Shown: positions 45,001 to 53,362 of the stretch, piece after piece
How positions within the stretch are numbered: position 1 is the stretch's first letter
Layout: every line of letters starts with the position of its first letter
Assembly: GCA_964386385.1 (NCBI GenBank)
Contig: CAYLRN010000004.1
Coordinates: 50,054-114,053, forward strand
Origin: an uncultured Lentisphaeraceae bacterium
GTDB taxonomy: Bacteria > Verrucomicrobiota > Kiritimatiellia > RFP12 > UBA1067
Length of the DNA stretch: 64,000 bases
Reading direction: 5' to 3'
Position numbers and translations under genes: made by a program
The notes under the pieces: model-generated
Databases searched by the model: none
What the model was told of the DNA's origin: nothing
Seen by the model: only the letters and a program-made list of their open reading frames with translations

Positions 45001-47942
45001 GCCCAGGTGGCGGGTACGTCGCCATGGTCGACACGGACGTCGACGTCGGCAAACTGGCCGTCTCCGGCGGCACGACGCTCAGCGTCGAGGGCGCGAGCGC
45101 GGTCGCGGCGAAGGACGGCGTGGACGTCGTAGGCTCCGTCCTCCAGTTCTGGGCCACGAGCCGCGCGTTCGAGACGCCGATTTTCGCCAAGGCGGGCGAG
45201 GACGGCGCGAAGCCGCGAATCGCCGCCGGCAGCGGAACGGCGAAGATCTCCGCCCCGGTCGTCGTCGAGGACGGCGCGGAGCTGACGCTGACGGGCTCCG
45301 CCACGGCAACGTACGCGGGCGGAATCCAGGGCGGCGGCGTCCTGAACGCGGCAGCAGGCTTCCACCAGTTCGCAGGCGACGTCGAGCAGGACGAGCTGTC
45401 AATCACGGGAGCGCGCGTCGTCTACGGCGACATGACGGAGGCCGGCAGCGGCAGAAAGTGGCCGAAGAAAGTCGCGATGGCGAGCGGATCGCTCTGCTTC
45501 GCGCCGTCGTCCAATTCCGTCTACGGCGGCTACGCCCTGACGTCGTCCAATTCCGTCTACGGCGGCTACGCCCTGACGTCGTCGGGGTCCGCCGCCGTGA
45601 ACTTCGTGCCCGGCTACACGGGCGGCGCGTCCAAATCCCCCGTAGTCACGGTCGAGGACACGACGCTTTCCGGGGACAACTTCAGGATCTGCCTCGGCCT
45701 CGGCGCGACGACTTCGGCGGACACGCGCCATGCCGGCTTCGCCACGCTCGGCAGGGGCTTCACGGCGGATTCCCTTGCTCAGATCGCGCTCGGCACGTTC
45801 GCGAACTTCCCCGCGAACGCCACGCTCACAATCGCCGACGGCGCGTCCGTCACGATGAAGAGCGGCGGCGACGTCACGCTCGGCTACTGGAGCGGCGAGA
45901 CGAACAACACGCACAGGCTGGTCGTGGAGGGCGGGACGCTCGACGCCTCCGCGGCAGTCCCGCTCCGCGTCGGCTACGACGCGCGCAACGCCGAGTTCCT
46001 CGTGAACGGCGGCACGGTCAAGGCGCCTGGCGTCGCCCTTCGCGCGCACAGCCAGTACAACATGAAGCCCATGGCGAACCTGTTCGACGGCATGGGCTAC
46101 GAGGTCTTCGGCATGGGCGGCGGACTCTTCGAGCTCGCCGGCGACTTCACGACGGAGCGCGCCTATCCGATGCTCCCGCAGATCTGGCTCGGCGGCGGCA
46201 CGCTCGTGAGCGCGGCGGACTGGTCGACGGACAACTTCCAGTACGGCATGTTCGAAACGTGGGGCGACATCGCCGGCACAAACGCCTTCACGCTTGCGAC
46301 GAACGGGAAGACGACCACGTTCCGCTCCGCCCTCCAAGGCAATTCCGCGGTCGAGATCGCCGGCGACGGCAGCTTCGTCTCCGACTGCTCCGGCGCGCAG
46401 GGCGGCGTTGAGGGTCGCTGGACTGTTGCGAACACCGGCACGGCGACGCTCAAGACGGCGGCGGCGTTCGCCTCTGGCCTCGCCCTCACCAACGGCGCGT
46501 CCGCGACAATCGACATCGGTCCGCGCACGAACTACGTGGCTCTCGCCGTCCTGTGCAACGCCAAGGCCGACTACGGCGTCAATCCGTTCACGGCGGGCGC
46601 ATTCCATTCCGCAGCATCCGTCATCCCGTCCCTCTTCGCGAAGGACGCGCAGAAGCTCTTTCTAGAACTGAAGTCGCCCACCTACACGGCCTACCGGGAG
46701 GAGGCGGAGTTCTACGTGGACGAGGCGGGGACATGGACGTTCGCGGCGACGTACGACGACCGCGGCGACGTCTACGTCGACGGCCGGCGCGTTGCGTACA
46801 ACTCGGCGTGGAACAACGTCGGCGTCGGTTCGGTAGACCTCGCCAAGGGATGGCACGTCCTCTCCATGACGTGCCAGGACGCCGCCGGCGGCGCCGGCCC
46901 CGCTGTCAGCGCGACGGAGCCGAAGGCGTTCTACGACCGCGGCATGGCCGTCGGCTTCCACAAGGGCGCGACGACGTCCACGGCCGCCGCAGACTATCTG
47001 CCCGTCAACGGGGCGAACATGAAGATGCGGCCGACGCGCTCGGTCCGCTGGACGTACCGCGACGGCCTCACCGACCTCGCCCAGCTCAATGGCTGGCCCG
47101 ACTGCACGTACGAGTTCACGATGGTGACGAACTCCATGCAGGCAATCCACAGCACGACGTGGCCTCTCGGCTTCACGGCAGTCCACTCCTTCGGCGGCTG
47201 GCTCTACGTCGAGCCGGAGGAGTCCGGCACGTGGGCGTTCGACGGCGTGTACGACGACCGCATCCACGTGGCAATCGACGGCAGGACGGTATTCGCGAAC
47301 GGCACCTACAACAAGGCGGCCTCGTCGACTGCCGAAGTGACGGCCGGCTGGCACTCCTTCCGCGTGACGGTGTGCGACAAGGTCGGCGGCATTTCATGGA
47401 GTGCGGTGGACGGCTATGGCGCGGCCCTCTACGTCAAGCGTCCATGCGACGCGACGAAAGTCCCGTTCGACGAGCGCAGCGTCTACATGACGGCGCATCC
47501 GTTCGGGTTCATCGGCGGCGAGCTGTTCGTGGGCGAGGGCTCCACGCTCGCGAACGCCTCCGCGAACGGCCCCGCGGAAATCGCGGGAACGCTCTCCGGA
47601 ACGGGAACGCTCACTGGCCCCTACAGGCTCACCGGCACGTGGAACGTGTCTGTCGAGGGCGGCCAGACGCTCAGGGCCGCGACGTGGGGCGAAGGCGCGT
47701 ACGCGGACACGCTGGCGAACGCCCGGATCCACGTCTCGATGAACGCGAAGCCGGTCAAGGCAAAGTGGGACCTCGGCCCAGCGCTGGGGCTTGAAAGCAG
47801 AAGCGAAGCGGAGCTTGCGGCGATGCTGTCGGCGGATCTGAACGGAGAGCCATATGAAAACGGCTTCAGGCTTGACGTGTCCGACGGCCGCCTCGTGCTG
47901 GTGAACCTCAAGCCCGGCTGCACGGTCCTCATCCTGCGCTGA
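42099..47942 (+). CDS. giant (~1947 aa) secreted surface protein: beta-strand repeats plus two C-terminal PA14-like modules
   Basis: ATG 42099 (MLTKNVFPLEAG...CAACAALAAAGEP). PATR-like LTKTGAGELALA. PA14-like blocks (GTWTFAATYDDRGDVYVDGRRV; GTWAFDGVYDDRIHVAIDGRTV). Confidence 0.8.
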   Translation: MLTKNVFPLEAGTRLAGRVFLFCAACAALAAAGEPYVEGTGAQAVVTDFHVSPGTKIVCDFAFTSASPVQQRVFGVDKDNATTLSCSLYINGGGGYSWAFCDGNGNWTPFSANNEMKASTDRWTATLDSPNNVASLCSDSTNIVQTIGTTRTRACSLPMTLMATVCDTDGTQFQNYGKVRIYSFSVSECGEPVMNLVPRIYKGEGVFYDTVSRRVFGSSTSTPLVAGDDCEELAEEDVAAPVADLVLSDAAGGVHVAAANARHANVVFTDTAGVYTVSGGPIAISGNVRNESAAAQTVSAPLAASGPLTPLLGGGLSLSDVAGGSLFAPVGTNVSATLNGNCVFRGGLSLKGNPTVVSPRVYATSGFSKDLSGKSDSSVQVTYTLRSAGTAAFGGGLEDHTGGQRGDVILLDGSFTFGGNVQPNGNDGYLVFRGGASQVGGLDWDSSRGYNSRLHVESGASLVCAGDALHRNSYGLHYYVDGEFTVNGTLTFAASNCRLVSSAGTGVVNVRKMKAAGMAEKISVSALNVGPGGFYGASTPIGAIELGAWTGDFTVGGSPVFTGTTLRAATPGGAPARITLEGAPVASGTLTKTGAGELALAAVSYPGLTGTLAVREGTLAFTASTELDAAVEISDGAGVRVAAGRTAALRSASFAGAATLAFGAAPAQTGALSLPAGSLSSATAVLVRIDGIAPTAGTTATLVSGAGISGADLAKFSLAMPEGAEGELSVQDGSLVLSVRTSSTAAARGLVWTGAESAAWDAAAANWTANGAAAVFTAYDDAFFDGTDAGDGRVDVAEGGVTAGAVTFDADKAYSVAGGKISGTAPFTIRGGAEVTLSAPLDGQTVVVTNGLLRVGAANAELLGDGGAYVEVRDGGTFDINATTNTADAILTTYNKKFRIAGKGFNGLGAINNLGKDGSTAARIHTIELAGDATISGATRWDMRVYSDGHNAGRPQVVGTNHALTVNGPGGGYVAMVDTDVDVGKLAVSGGTTLSVEGASAVAAKDGVDVVGSVLQFWATSRAFETPIFAKAGEDGAKPRIAAGSGTAKISAPVVVEDGAELTLTGSATATYAGGIQGGGVLNAAAGFHQFAGDVEQDELSITGARVVYGDMTEAGSGRKWPKKVAMASGSLCFAPSSNSVYGGYALTSSNSVYGGYALTSSGSAAVNFVPGYTGGASKSPVVTVEDTTLSGDNFRICLGLGATTSADTRHAGFATLGRGFTADSLAQIALGTFANFPANATLTIADGASVTMKSGGDVTLGYWSGETNNTHRLVVEGGTLDASAAVPLRVGYDARNAEFLVNGGTVKAPGVALRAHSQYNMKPMANLFDGMGYEVFGMGGGLFELAGDFTTERAYPMLPQIWLGGGTLVSAADWSTDNFQYGMFETWGDIAGTNAFTLATNGKTTTFRSALQGNSAVEIAGDGSFVSDCSGAQGGVEGRWTVANTGTATLKTAAAFASGLALTNGASATIDIGPRTNYVALAVLCNAKADYGVNPFTAGAFHSAASVIPSLFAKDAQKLFLELKSPTYTAYREEAEFYVDEAGTWTFAATYDDRGDVYVDGRRVAYNSAWNNVGVGSVDLAKGWHVLSMTCQDAAGGAGPAVSATEPKAFYDRGMAVGFHKGATTSTAAADYLPVNGANMKMRPTRSVRWTYRDGLTDLAQLNGWPDCTYEFTMVTNSMQAIHSTTWPLGFTAVHSFGGWLYVEPEESGTWAFDGVYDDRIHVAIDGRTVFANGTYNKAASSTAEVTAGWHSFRVTVCDKVGGISWSAVDGYGAALYVKRPCDATKVPFDERSVYMTAHPFGFIGGELFVGEGSTLANASANGPAEIAGTLSGTGTLTGPYRLTGTWNVSVEGGQTLRAATWGEGAYADTLANARIHVSMNAKPVKAKWDLGPALGLESRSEAELAAMLSADLNGEPYENGFRLDVSDGRLVLVNLKPGCTVLILR

Positions 47943-48017
47943 CGCGCGAATGTTCGTTCCTGCAGAAACGCCTTGCCGTATCTGAATGGGTTTGATAGAG
48001 TGTATGCGTTTTACGTC

Positions 48018-48263
48018 ATGAAAAAAAGATATGACATCATGAGAAACGCAATAAGGGCGTTGTGTCGCGCGTTCGCCAATCTCGGCATGGCGAATGACCT
48101 CTCTGCGCTCTATCAAACCACTCCTCCCGTTCCACCTCCAAGAATTCCAACTGAAACGGAAGCGATGGAACTCGACGCCCGGGCAATCCACTCTGATTGG
48201 CTTGCTGTTGGAGCGGTGATGTCGTCGGCTTTCAGACGCGAGCGCACGGAGCAGACGATATGA
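48018..48263 (+). CDS. small hypothetical protein
   Basis: ATG 48018 (MKKRYDIMRNAIRAL...). Its stop overlaps the next gene's start (ATGA at 48260). Confidence 0.4.
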   Translation: MKKRYDIMRNAIRALCRAFANLGMANDLSALYQTTPPVPPPRIPTETEAMELDARAIHSDWLAVGAVMSSAFRRERTEQTI

Positions 48264-48649
48264 GCGAGGAGATGCGAAAGGAGACTACGCCGTATGCGCA
48301 GCTTGTTGCGCATGCGGTTTCGGGTCCAATTCCCCCGCCAGAAGACATGGAACACTATGAGCGCATTCATGCGGGTGCGGCGGAACGCATACTGGCGATG
48401 GCGGAGAAGGAGGCGGAAGTCCGTCACAAGGCGATGCTTCTTGCGGCGCAGGCGGCCCATGACGACGTGTCGAGCGCACGAACGGAAACGCGAATCGGGC
48501 AGTTTCTTTCATTCTTTCTTACGGTGGCGGCGTTTGCCGTGGCTGCGTACTGCGCAAAACTTGGAGCGACGAAGATCGGCGTCACTGTTGCAGGCGTGAC
48601 GCTTGTGAGCGTCGTGTCCACGCTCGTGAACCGCAGACGGAATTCTTGA
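48260..48649 (+). CDS. DUF2335-like membrane protein
   Basis: MSEEMRKE...GPIPPPEDMEHYERIHAGAAERILAMAEKEAEVRH, then two hydrophobic helices. Confidence 0.6.
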   Translation: MSEEMRKETTPYAQLVAHAVSGPIPPPEDMEHYERIHAGAAERILAMAEKEAEVRHKAMLLAAQAAHDDVSSARTETRIGQFLSFFLTVAAFAVAAYCAKLGATKIGVTVAGVTLVSVVSTLVNRRRNS

Positions 48650-48666
48650 CAGTCACCACAGAAGAC

Positions 48667-48708
48667 GAGATTGAGAACTTTTTCAAAAACGCAAAAGTTC
48701 TCAATCTC
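48667..48708 (+). terminator. 16-bp perfect hairpin (terminator-like)
   Basis: gagattgagaactttt / aaaagttctcaatctc with a 10-nt loop, 18 nt after the stop at 48649. No clear U-tract. Confidence 0.4.
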
Positions 48709-48747
48709 GTTCCGCCGCCCTTGCGTCCGCCCCGCCGCAGCAAAGCC

Positions 48748-48930
48748 CATTTTCGTGACGGAATCGCCCTTCCGAAGTCCCATTCTCGTGACAAATCGAC
48801 CGTTTCGAACCTCACGTTTCGTGACAAATAGGCCGTTTTGAACCTCACGTTTCGTGACAAATAGGCCGTTTTGAACCTCGCATTTCGTGACAAAACCGAT
48901 CTTTCAAAGTCTCATTTTCGTGACGGCCGC
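48748..48930 (+). repeat. iteron-like array: six direct repeats with exact 33-bp phasing
   Basis: The TCGTGAC core sits at 48753, 48786, 48819, 48852, 48885 and 48918. Units 3 and 4 are near-identical (cgtttcgtgacaaataggccgttttgaacctc). Confidence 0.8.
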
Positions 48931-49094
48931 TTGCGGAACGGCACAGAAACATGATGTGATTCTGCAAAGGAACGGCATTGCTGAATTGCAGTTTCATTCC
49001 GCAGAACGGCATCAAGGCCTCGCAGTTGGAAGTCATTGCGCAGACAAGAGACAATGGGAGTGGAATCTGTGTAGAAAACGAATGGCGTTGAATC

Positions 49095-49153
49095 GGGAGG
49101 GGCGCGCTCCTGCGCGACCGAAATGCGGCGGCGGTCAAGGACGACCGCCCTAC
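49095..49153. repeat. REP-like hairpin pair
   Basis: gggaggggcgcgctcctgcgcgacc and gcggcggcggtcaaggacgaccgccctacc. Confidence 0.65.
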
Positions 49154-49346
49154 CGCAGTGGCCCTGGAGAACGCTGCGCCACTTTGCGATTTTCCACATT
49201 TCGCCCATTGACATCGGAGAAAAAAAAAATGCAAAAATATATGCCGTGTTTCATGGCGCATTGACGGGCTTTTCCCTGTCCCGCCCTTCCGCCGTGGCAA
49301 CGCATGAAAACGGAGAGCGGAGAATGTGTGGAAAGGTTGTTGAGAC

Positions 49347-50495
49347 ATGACTGCGGCGGAGCGGAAGGTCGCGCTCGTCGCGGGCGTAGGGACGACGCCG
49401 GCGGTGCTGACGGAGACGGTCTGGGGGCTTGCCCACCAGACGCCACCGGTGGTGCCGGACGAGATCGTCGTGTTGACTACGCAGACCGGCCGGCAGAGGC
49501 TTGAGCGCGAAGTGATGGCGGGCGAGCCGTCCGTATGGTCGCGCCTCGTCTCCGCGCTCAAGGAAGAGGGGCTGCCGGTGGACGGAAAACTCGCGTTCGG
49601 AGAGACCTCCATCCGCGTCTTCCCTGACGCGCGGAGGAATCCGCTTGCCGACCTGCGCTCCGGCGACGAGAACCTACGGGCCGCCGACTTCATGCTCGCG
49701 CAGCTGCGCCAGTACACGGAAAGCCCGGACTTCGTCGTGCTCACGTCGATCGCGGGCGGGCGCAAGACGATGAGCGCGCTGCTCCTCTCCTGCATGACGC
49801 TGCTTGGGCGGGCTGACGACAGGGTCTACCACGTCCTCCTTCCTCCCGAATTCGAGGGACGTCTCGATCCGCCCTTCTACTTCCCCGAAAATGGCGTCTT
49901 GCACCGGACATCCGCCAATCCTCCCTGCGAACTGGCGGGGGCGGCGGCTAAGATCGAACTCTTCGAGGTGCCGTATGTCCGGATGCGCGGATGGTACCAG
50001 GAGAAGTTCAAGACGATTCCGCCGTCCTACGAGACGCTCGTGTCGAAGGTGCAGTCCGTGGCGCCGGCCGCCGTCGTGCCGACCGAAATCGCCATCGACG
50101 TCTGGAACGGCACGGCGACGGTGAACGGCCGCCATGTGTCCATGAGCCGACCGTGCTTCGCGGCGCTAGTCCTTCTCGCGTCCGGCTGCGCCGCGAAGGA
50201 CCTGCACGAACGCCTCTGCGGCCTGCACGCCGGAAAAGGCGGAGCGGACTGCGACTGGCTTTCGTCGTTCAGGGAGGATCGCGGACGTTTCTCTAGCCGG
50301 GAATATACGCAAGACCTGACGAAGGTGATGTCCGAACTCCGCAAAAAGCTGAAGGAGGCTGGGTTCGCGGACGCGGAAAGCCTCGTGCCGATGCGCAGCC
50401 GCCCCGTCGTCTTCCCGCTTTCCCGCGTTCACTGGAAGAACCGCAACCGCTTCACGGACGTCTGCGGATGTCCGTATGCGAAGGAACAGGTCTGA
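49347..50495 (+). CDS. CRISPR-associated CARF protein (Cas_NE0113-like) with C-terminal winged-helix region
   Basis: VALVAGVGTTPAVLTET...LTSIAGGRKTMSA CARF core. The C-terminus VNGRHVSMSRPCFAALVLLASG resembles an OmpR-type wHTH. Confidence 0.7.
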   Translation: MTAAERKVALVAGVGTTPAVLTETVWGLAHQTPPVVPDEIVVLTTQTGRQRLEREVMAGEPSVWSRLVSALKEEGLPVDGKLAFGETSIRVFPDARRNPLADLRSGDENLRAADFMLAQLRQYTESPDFVVLTSIAGGRKTMSALLLSCMTLLGRADDRVYHVLLPPEFEGRLDPPFYFPENGVLHRTSANPPCELAGAAAKIELFEVPYVRMRGWYQEKFKTIPPSYETLVSKVQSVAPAAVVPTEIAIDVWNGTATVNGRHVSMSRPCFAALVLLASGCAAKDLHERLCGLHAGKGGADCDWLSSFREDRGRFSSREYTQDLTKVMSELRKKLKEAGFADAESLVPMRSRPVVFPLSRVHWKNRNRFTDVCGCPYAKEQV

Positions 50496-50598
50496 ACTGC
50501 GCTACAATGTGCGGCGCATGGCAAAGAAGACGCAACCCCTTTTATTGACAGAGACAATGAGTATGGAATCTGTGGCAGCAAACGGATGGCGTGGAATT

Positions 50599-50662
50599 GG
50601 GAGGGGCGCGCTCCTGCGCGACCGGGACGAGAACGACGGACGCGCAGGAGCGCGTCCCTCCC
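50599..50662. repeat. inverted REP pair between the CARF gene and cas10
   Basis: gggaggggcgcgctcctgcgcgacc ... ggacgcgcaggagcgcgtccctccc. Confidence 0.7.
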
Positions 50663-50760
50663 GTTGCGCAGTCGCATCAGCCGCCACTTGTGCATCCGCC
50701 GTGGCGAATGCCGCATGCACTCGTCTTCTCTGGGCTGTGCAATAAGGAGAAAAAACGCAG

Positions 50761-52149
50761 ATGGACAAGTACAAGGAACTGCTGCTGTTTCAGATCGGCC
50801 CCGTGCAGGAGTTCATCGCACAGGCCGAAACGCCTGGAGACCTCCGCGCCGGCTCGGAGATGCTGTCGGAAGTCACGGCGGCGGCGCTGCGGACAATTCC
50901 CGGCTACGAGACCGAGGCCGTGTTCCCCGCCGTCAAGAAGGACGAACTTGCGGGGATTCCCAACCGCTTTCTCGTCTTCGTGCCGCAGGGACGCGGCGAG
51001 GAACTGGCGCGCGCGGCCGCCGAGGCGGCGCGGGAGGAACTTCGGCGAATGGCCGAGGATGCATTCCCGAAGACGGGTCTTGCAGAAAGTCTGCGCAAAG
51101 CCTTCATGCGTCAGGTGGAGGCGTTCCTCCAGACGACATGGGCCGTCCTGAAGAGTCCGAGCGACGACATGGGCGCGGACTACAGGACGATCGGCAAGCT
51201 GATGGCCCTTCGACGCAACGTGCGCGCGTTCGACGCCTGGCATGAGGAAACGACGGGCCGCGTGAAGGATTTTCTGTCCGGAAAGGAGTGCGCATTGGAC
51301 GTGCCGGATGGCAGGTCTCCCAACCGCAACAGCGGACGCGGCGCGATGAATCTCATCAAGAAGGCCCGCTGGACGAATGCGAACAAGAACGAGGCCTCCA
51401 GGCTGGGCGACTACGTTGCCGTCCTCGCGCTGGACGGCGACCACATGGGCCGCGCGCTTTCGGGCTTCAAGACGCAAGAGGAGCATCGCGACTTCAGCGA
51501 GAAGCTGGCGGCATTCGCCCGGTCAGTTTCCATTCAAAAGGAAGACGGCCAGCTCATCTACGCCGGCGGCGACGACGTCCTTGCGGTCGTGAAGGCAACA
51601 CGAGCGGTCCCCATTGCGAAGGAACTGGCGAAGCAGTTCAAGGACACAGTGAAAGCCGACGGCATTACGGCGTCCGTCGGCATTGCCATCGGCTCGTCGA
51701 AGGCGCCGTTGCAGGACCTCGTCCACGAGGCGCACTCCGCGGAAAGCCGAGCCAAGCGCGACTATGGACGCGACGCGCTTGCGGTTTCCATCCTGAAGCG
51801 TTCCGGCGAAATCCTGCATTGGGGATGCAAGTGGGATTCGAAGGCGTTCGAGATCTACGAGAAACTGACAAGTGCAAGCGGCAAGGATTCCCTTTCGCGT
51901 TTCGCATACAAGCTTGCGGGCTTCCTCGCCCCCTACTGCCTTGAATCATGCAAGGAACTGGATGAGAACATGAAGGACGTCGTCCATGCGGAGACGCTTC
52001 ACGTCCTTGAGCAGACAGAGGGCGCAAAGGACGTTCTGTCGGAAGAACTGTTTAGGGACTATCTTGACGAGGAGTGCGTAAAAACGCACCCCAAAGACTA
52101 TCTTGGGCTGTTCCTCTGCGAGGCGTTCATCGACCGCCCGCGTGGATAA
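50761..52149 (+). CDS. cas10: Cas10/Cmr2, minimal form (no HD domain, no CxxC Zn finger, GGDD intact)
   Basis: Starts directly with the Cmr2 N-terminal motif LLLFQIGPVQEFIAQA..LRAGSEMLS. Cyclase palm VAVLALDGDHMG and IYAGGDDVLAV. 462 aa. Confidence 0.85.
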   Translation: MDKYKELLLFQIGPVQEFIAQAETPGDLRAGSEMLSEVTAAALRTIPGYETEAVFPAVKKDELAGIPNRFLVFVPQGRGEELARAAAEAAREELRRMAEDAFPKTGLAESLRKAFMRQVEAFLQTTWAVLKSPSDDMGADYRTIGKLMALRRNVRAFDAWHEETTGRVKDFLSGKECALDVPDGRSPNRNSGRGAMNLIKKARWTNANKNEASRLGDYVAVLALDGDHMGRALSGFKTQEEHRDFSEKLAAFARSVSIQKEDGQLIYAGGDDVLAVVKATRAVPIAKELAKQFKDTVKADGITASVGIAIGSSKAPLQDLVHEAHSAESRAKRDYGRDALAVSILKRSGEILHWGCKWDSKAFEIYEKLTSASGKDSLSRFAYKLAGFLAPYCLESCKELDENMKDVVHAETLHVLEQTEGAKDVLSEELFRDYLDEECVKTHPKDYLGLFLCEAFIDRPRG

Positions 52150-52162
52150 GGAGAGAAGGGAA

Positions 52163-53356
52163 ATGGGAAAGACGACATACGAACTGACTCCGCGCGACGT
52201 GCTGTTCTTCCGCGACGCCCGGCCGATGGATGTCGACAAGTCGCGGACGGACGACGTGTTCAACGTCGGACACGGCGCGAACTGGCCGCGCCCCGACCGG
52301 CTTTTCAGCGCCGTAATCCATGAACTTGTACGCGATTCCCTTGCGCCCGAAGGCGCATGGTACGGCAAGGTTTCGGATCTGCGCGTGACGGGACCGTTTC
52401 CGCTTCGGAACGGTACGTTGTATCTGCCGACGCCGCTTGACTGGGACATGAAACTTGTCGAGTTCAACAATGCGCTCGGCGCCACGGACGCCCCCGCGCC
52501 GCTCACGGCGGGCTTCGCCGACCGCGTCATCGAAAAGAAGTCCTATCCGAAGTGGATTTCGACCGTGGACTACGAGCGCTACCTTGAAGGCGAGGAGGCG
52601 GACACGCCGCGGGATGACGACAGTTCCCTATTTCTGCGCGAACCGCGCATCGGCACGACGCTTGACGCGGAGACAGGAGCTTCGAAGCGCGTAGAGGGGA
52701 AGACGGAGAGCGGTCGCTACGCGGCGGAATACCTCCGTCTCGGCAAGGACGTAAAACTGCTCTGCGCCGTAGAGACGGAACGCGCTGCGGAGTTGAACGG
52801 AAACTGGGTGCGTTTCGGCGGGCAGGGCGGTCTTGTGCGCTTCGATGCGGCGGGCGACCTTGACGCACAGCTGTCCAGACTGCCGCAGAATGCGCCGACG
52901 AAGTTTGTGCGCTGGACGCTTCTCTCGCCGGCCCTCTTCGCGAAGGGGTGGTATCCCAACTGGCTTGAGGAGACGGCGGACGGAATGCGCACCGGCAAGG
53001 TGATGCTTCCGGCGGAAAAGGTTCTGCGCCGCCCAGGGGAATCACGCGCGGCGTATCGGGCGCGGATGAAGACCGAGATGCGTCCATTCGAGACGGCGCG
53101 TCTGATTGCGGCGTGTGTCGGGAAGGCTGTGGCCTTTTCGGGATACGATTCGCAGGAGCGCGAAAAGCCGACGGAACTCGCCGTCCCGGCGGGGTCGTCC
53201 TACGTCTTCGCCTGCGACACGGCCGAGGAGGCGAAGAAACTTGTGGATGCGCTTCATCTGAAGCCTCTTTCCGACCTTGGTGAAAAGGGCTTTGGGCTTG
53301 GCGTGTGCTCGTACGTGTCCGCGCCTGAGCCGTTCAAGGCGGAACAGAACAGCTGA
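52163..53356 (+). CDS. cmr3: Cmr3
   Basis: ATG 52163. YELTPRDVLFFRDARPM N-terminus typical of Cmr3. Sits between cas10 and cmr4. Confidence 0.8.
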   Translation: MGKTTYELTPRDVLFFRDARPMDVDKSRTDDVFNVGHGANWPRPDRLFSAVIHELVRDSLAPEGAWYGKVSDLRVTGPFPLRNGTLYLPTPLDWDMKLVEFNNALGATDAPAPLTAGFADRVIEKKSYPKWISTVDYERYLEGEEADTPRDDDSSLFLREPRIGTTLDAETGASKRVEGKTESGRYAAEYLRLGKDVKLLCAVETERAAELNGNWVRFGGQGGLVRFDAAGDLDAQLSRLPQNAPTKFVRWTLLSPALFAKGWYPNWLEETADGMRTGKVMLPAEKVLRRPGESRAAYRARMKTEMRPFETARLIAACVGKAVAFSGYDSQEREKPTELAVPAGSSYVFACDTAEEAKKLVDALHLKPLSDLGEKGFGLGVCSYVSAPEPFKAEQNS

Positions 53357-53362
53357 TTTGCG

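Noticed and set aside
48582-48893. 103-aa minus-strand ORF with a repetitive peptide (SRNVRFKTAYL three times), and the idea that 48748..48930 is a second CRISPR array
   Set aside because: The periodic peptide is just the translated 33-bp iterons. The units are contiguous with no unique spacers, so this is not a CRISPR array.
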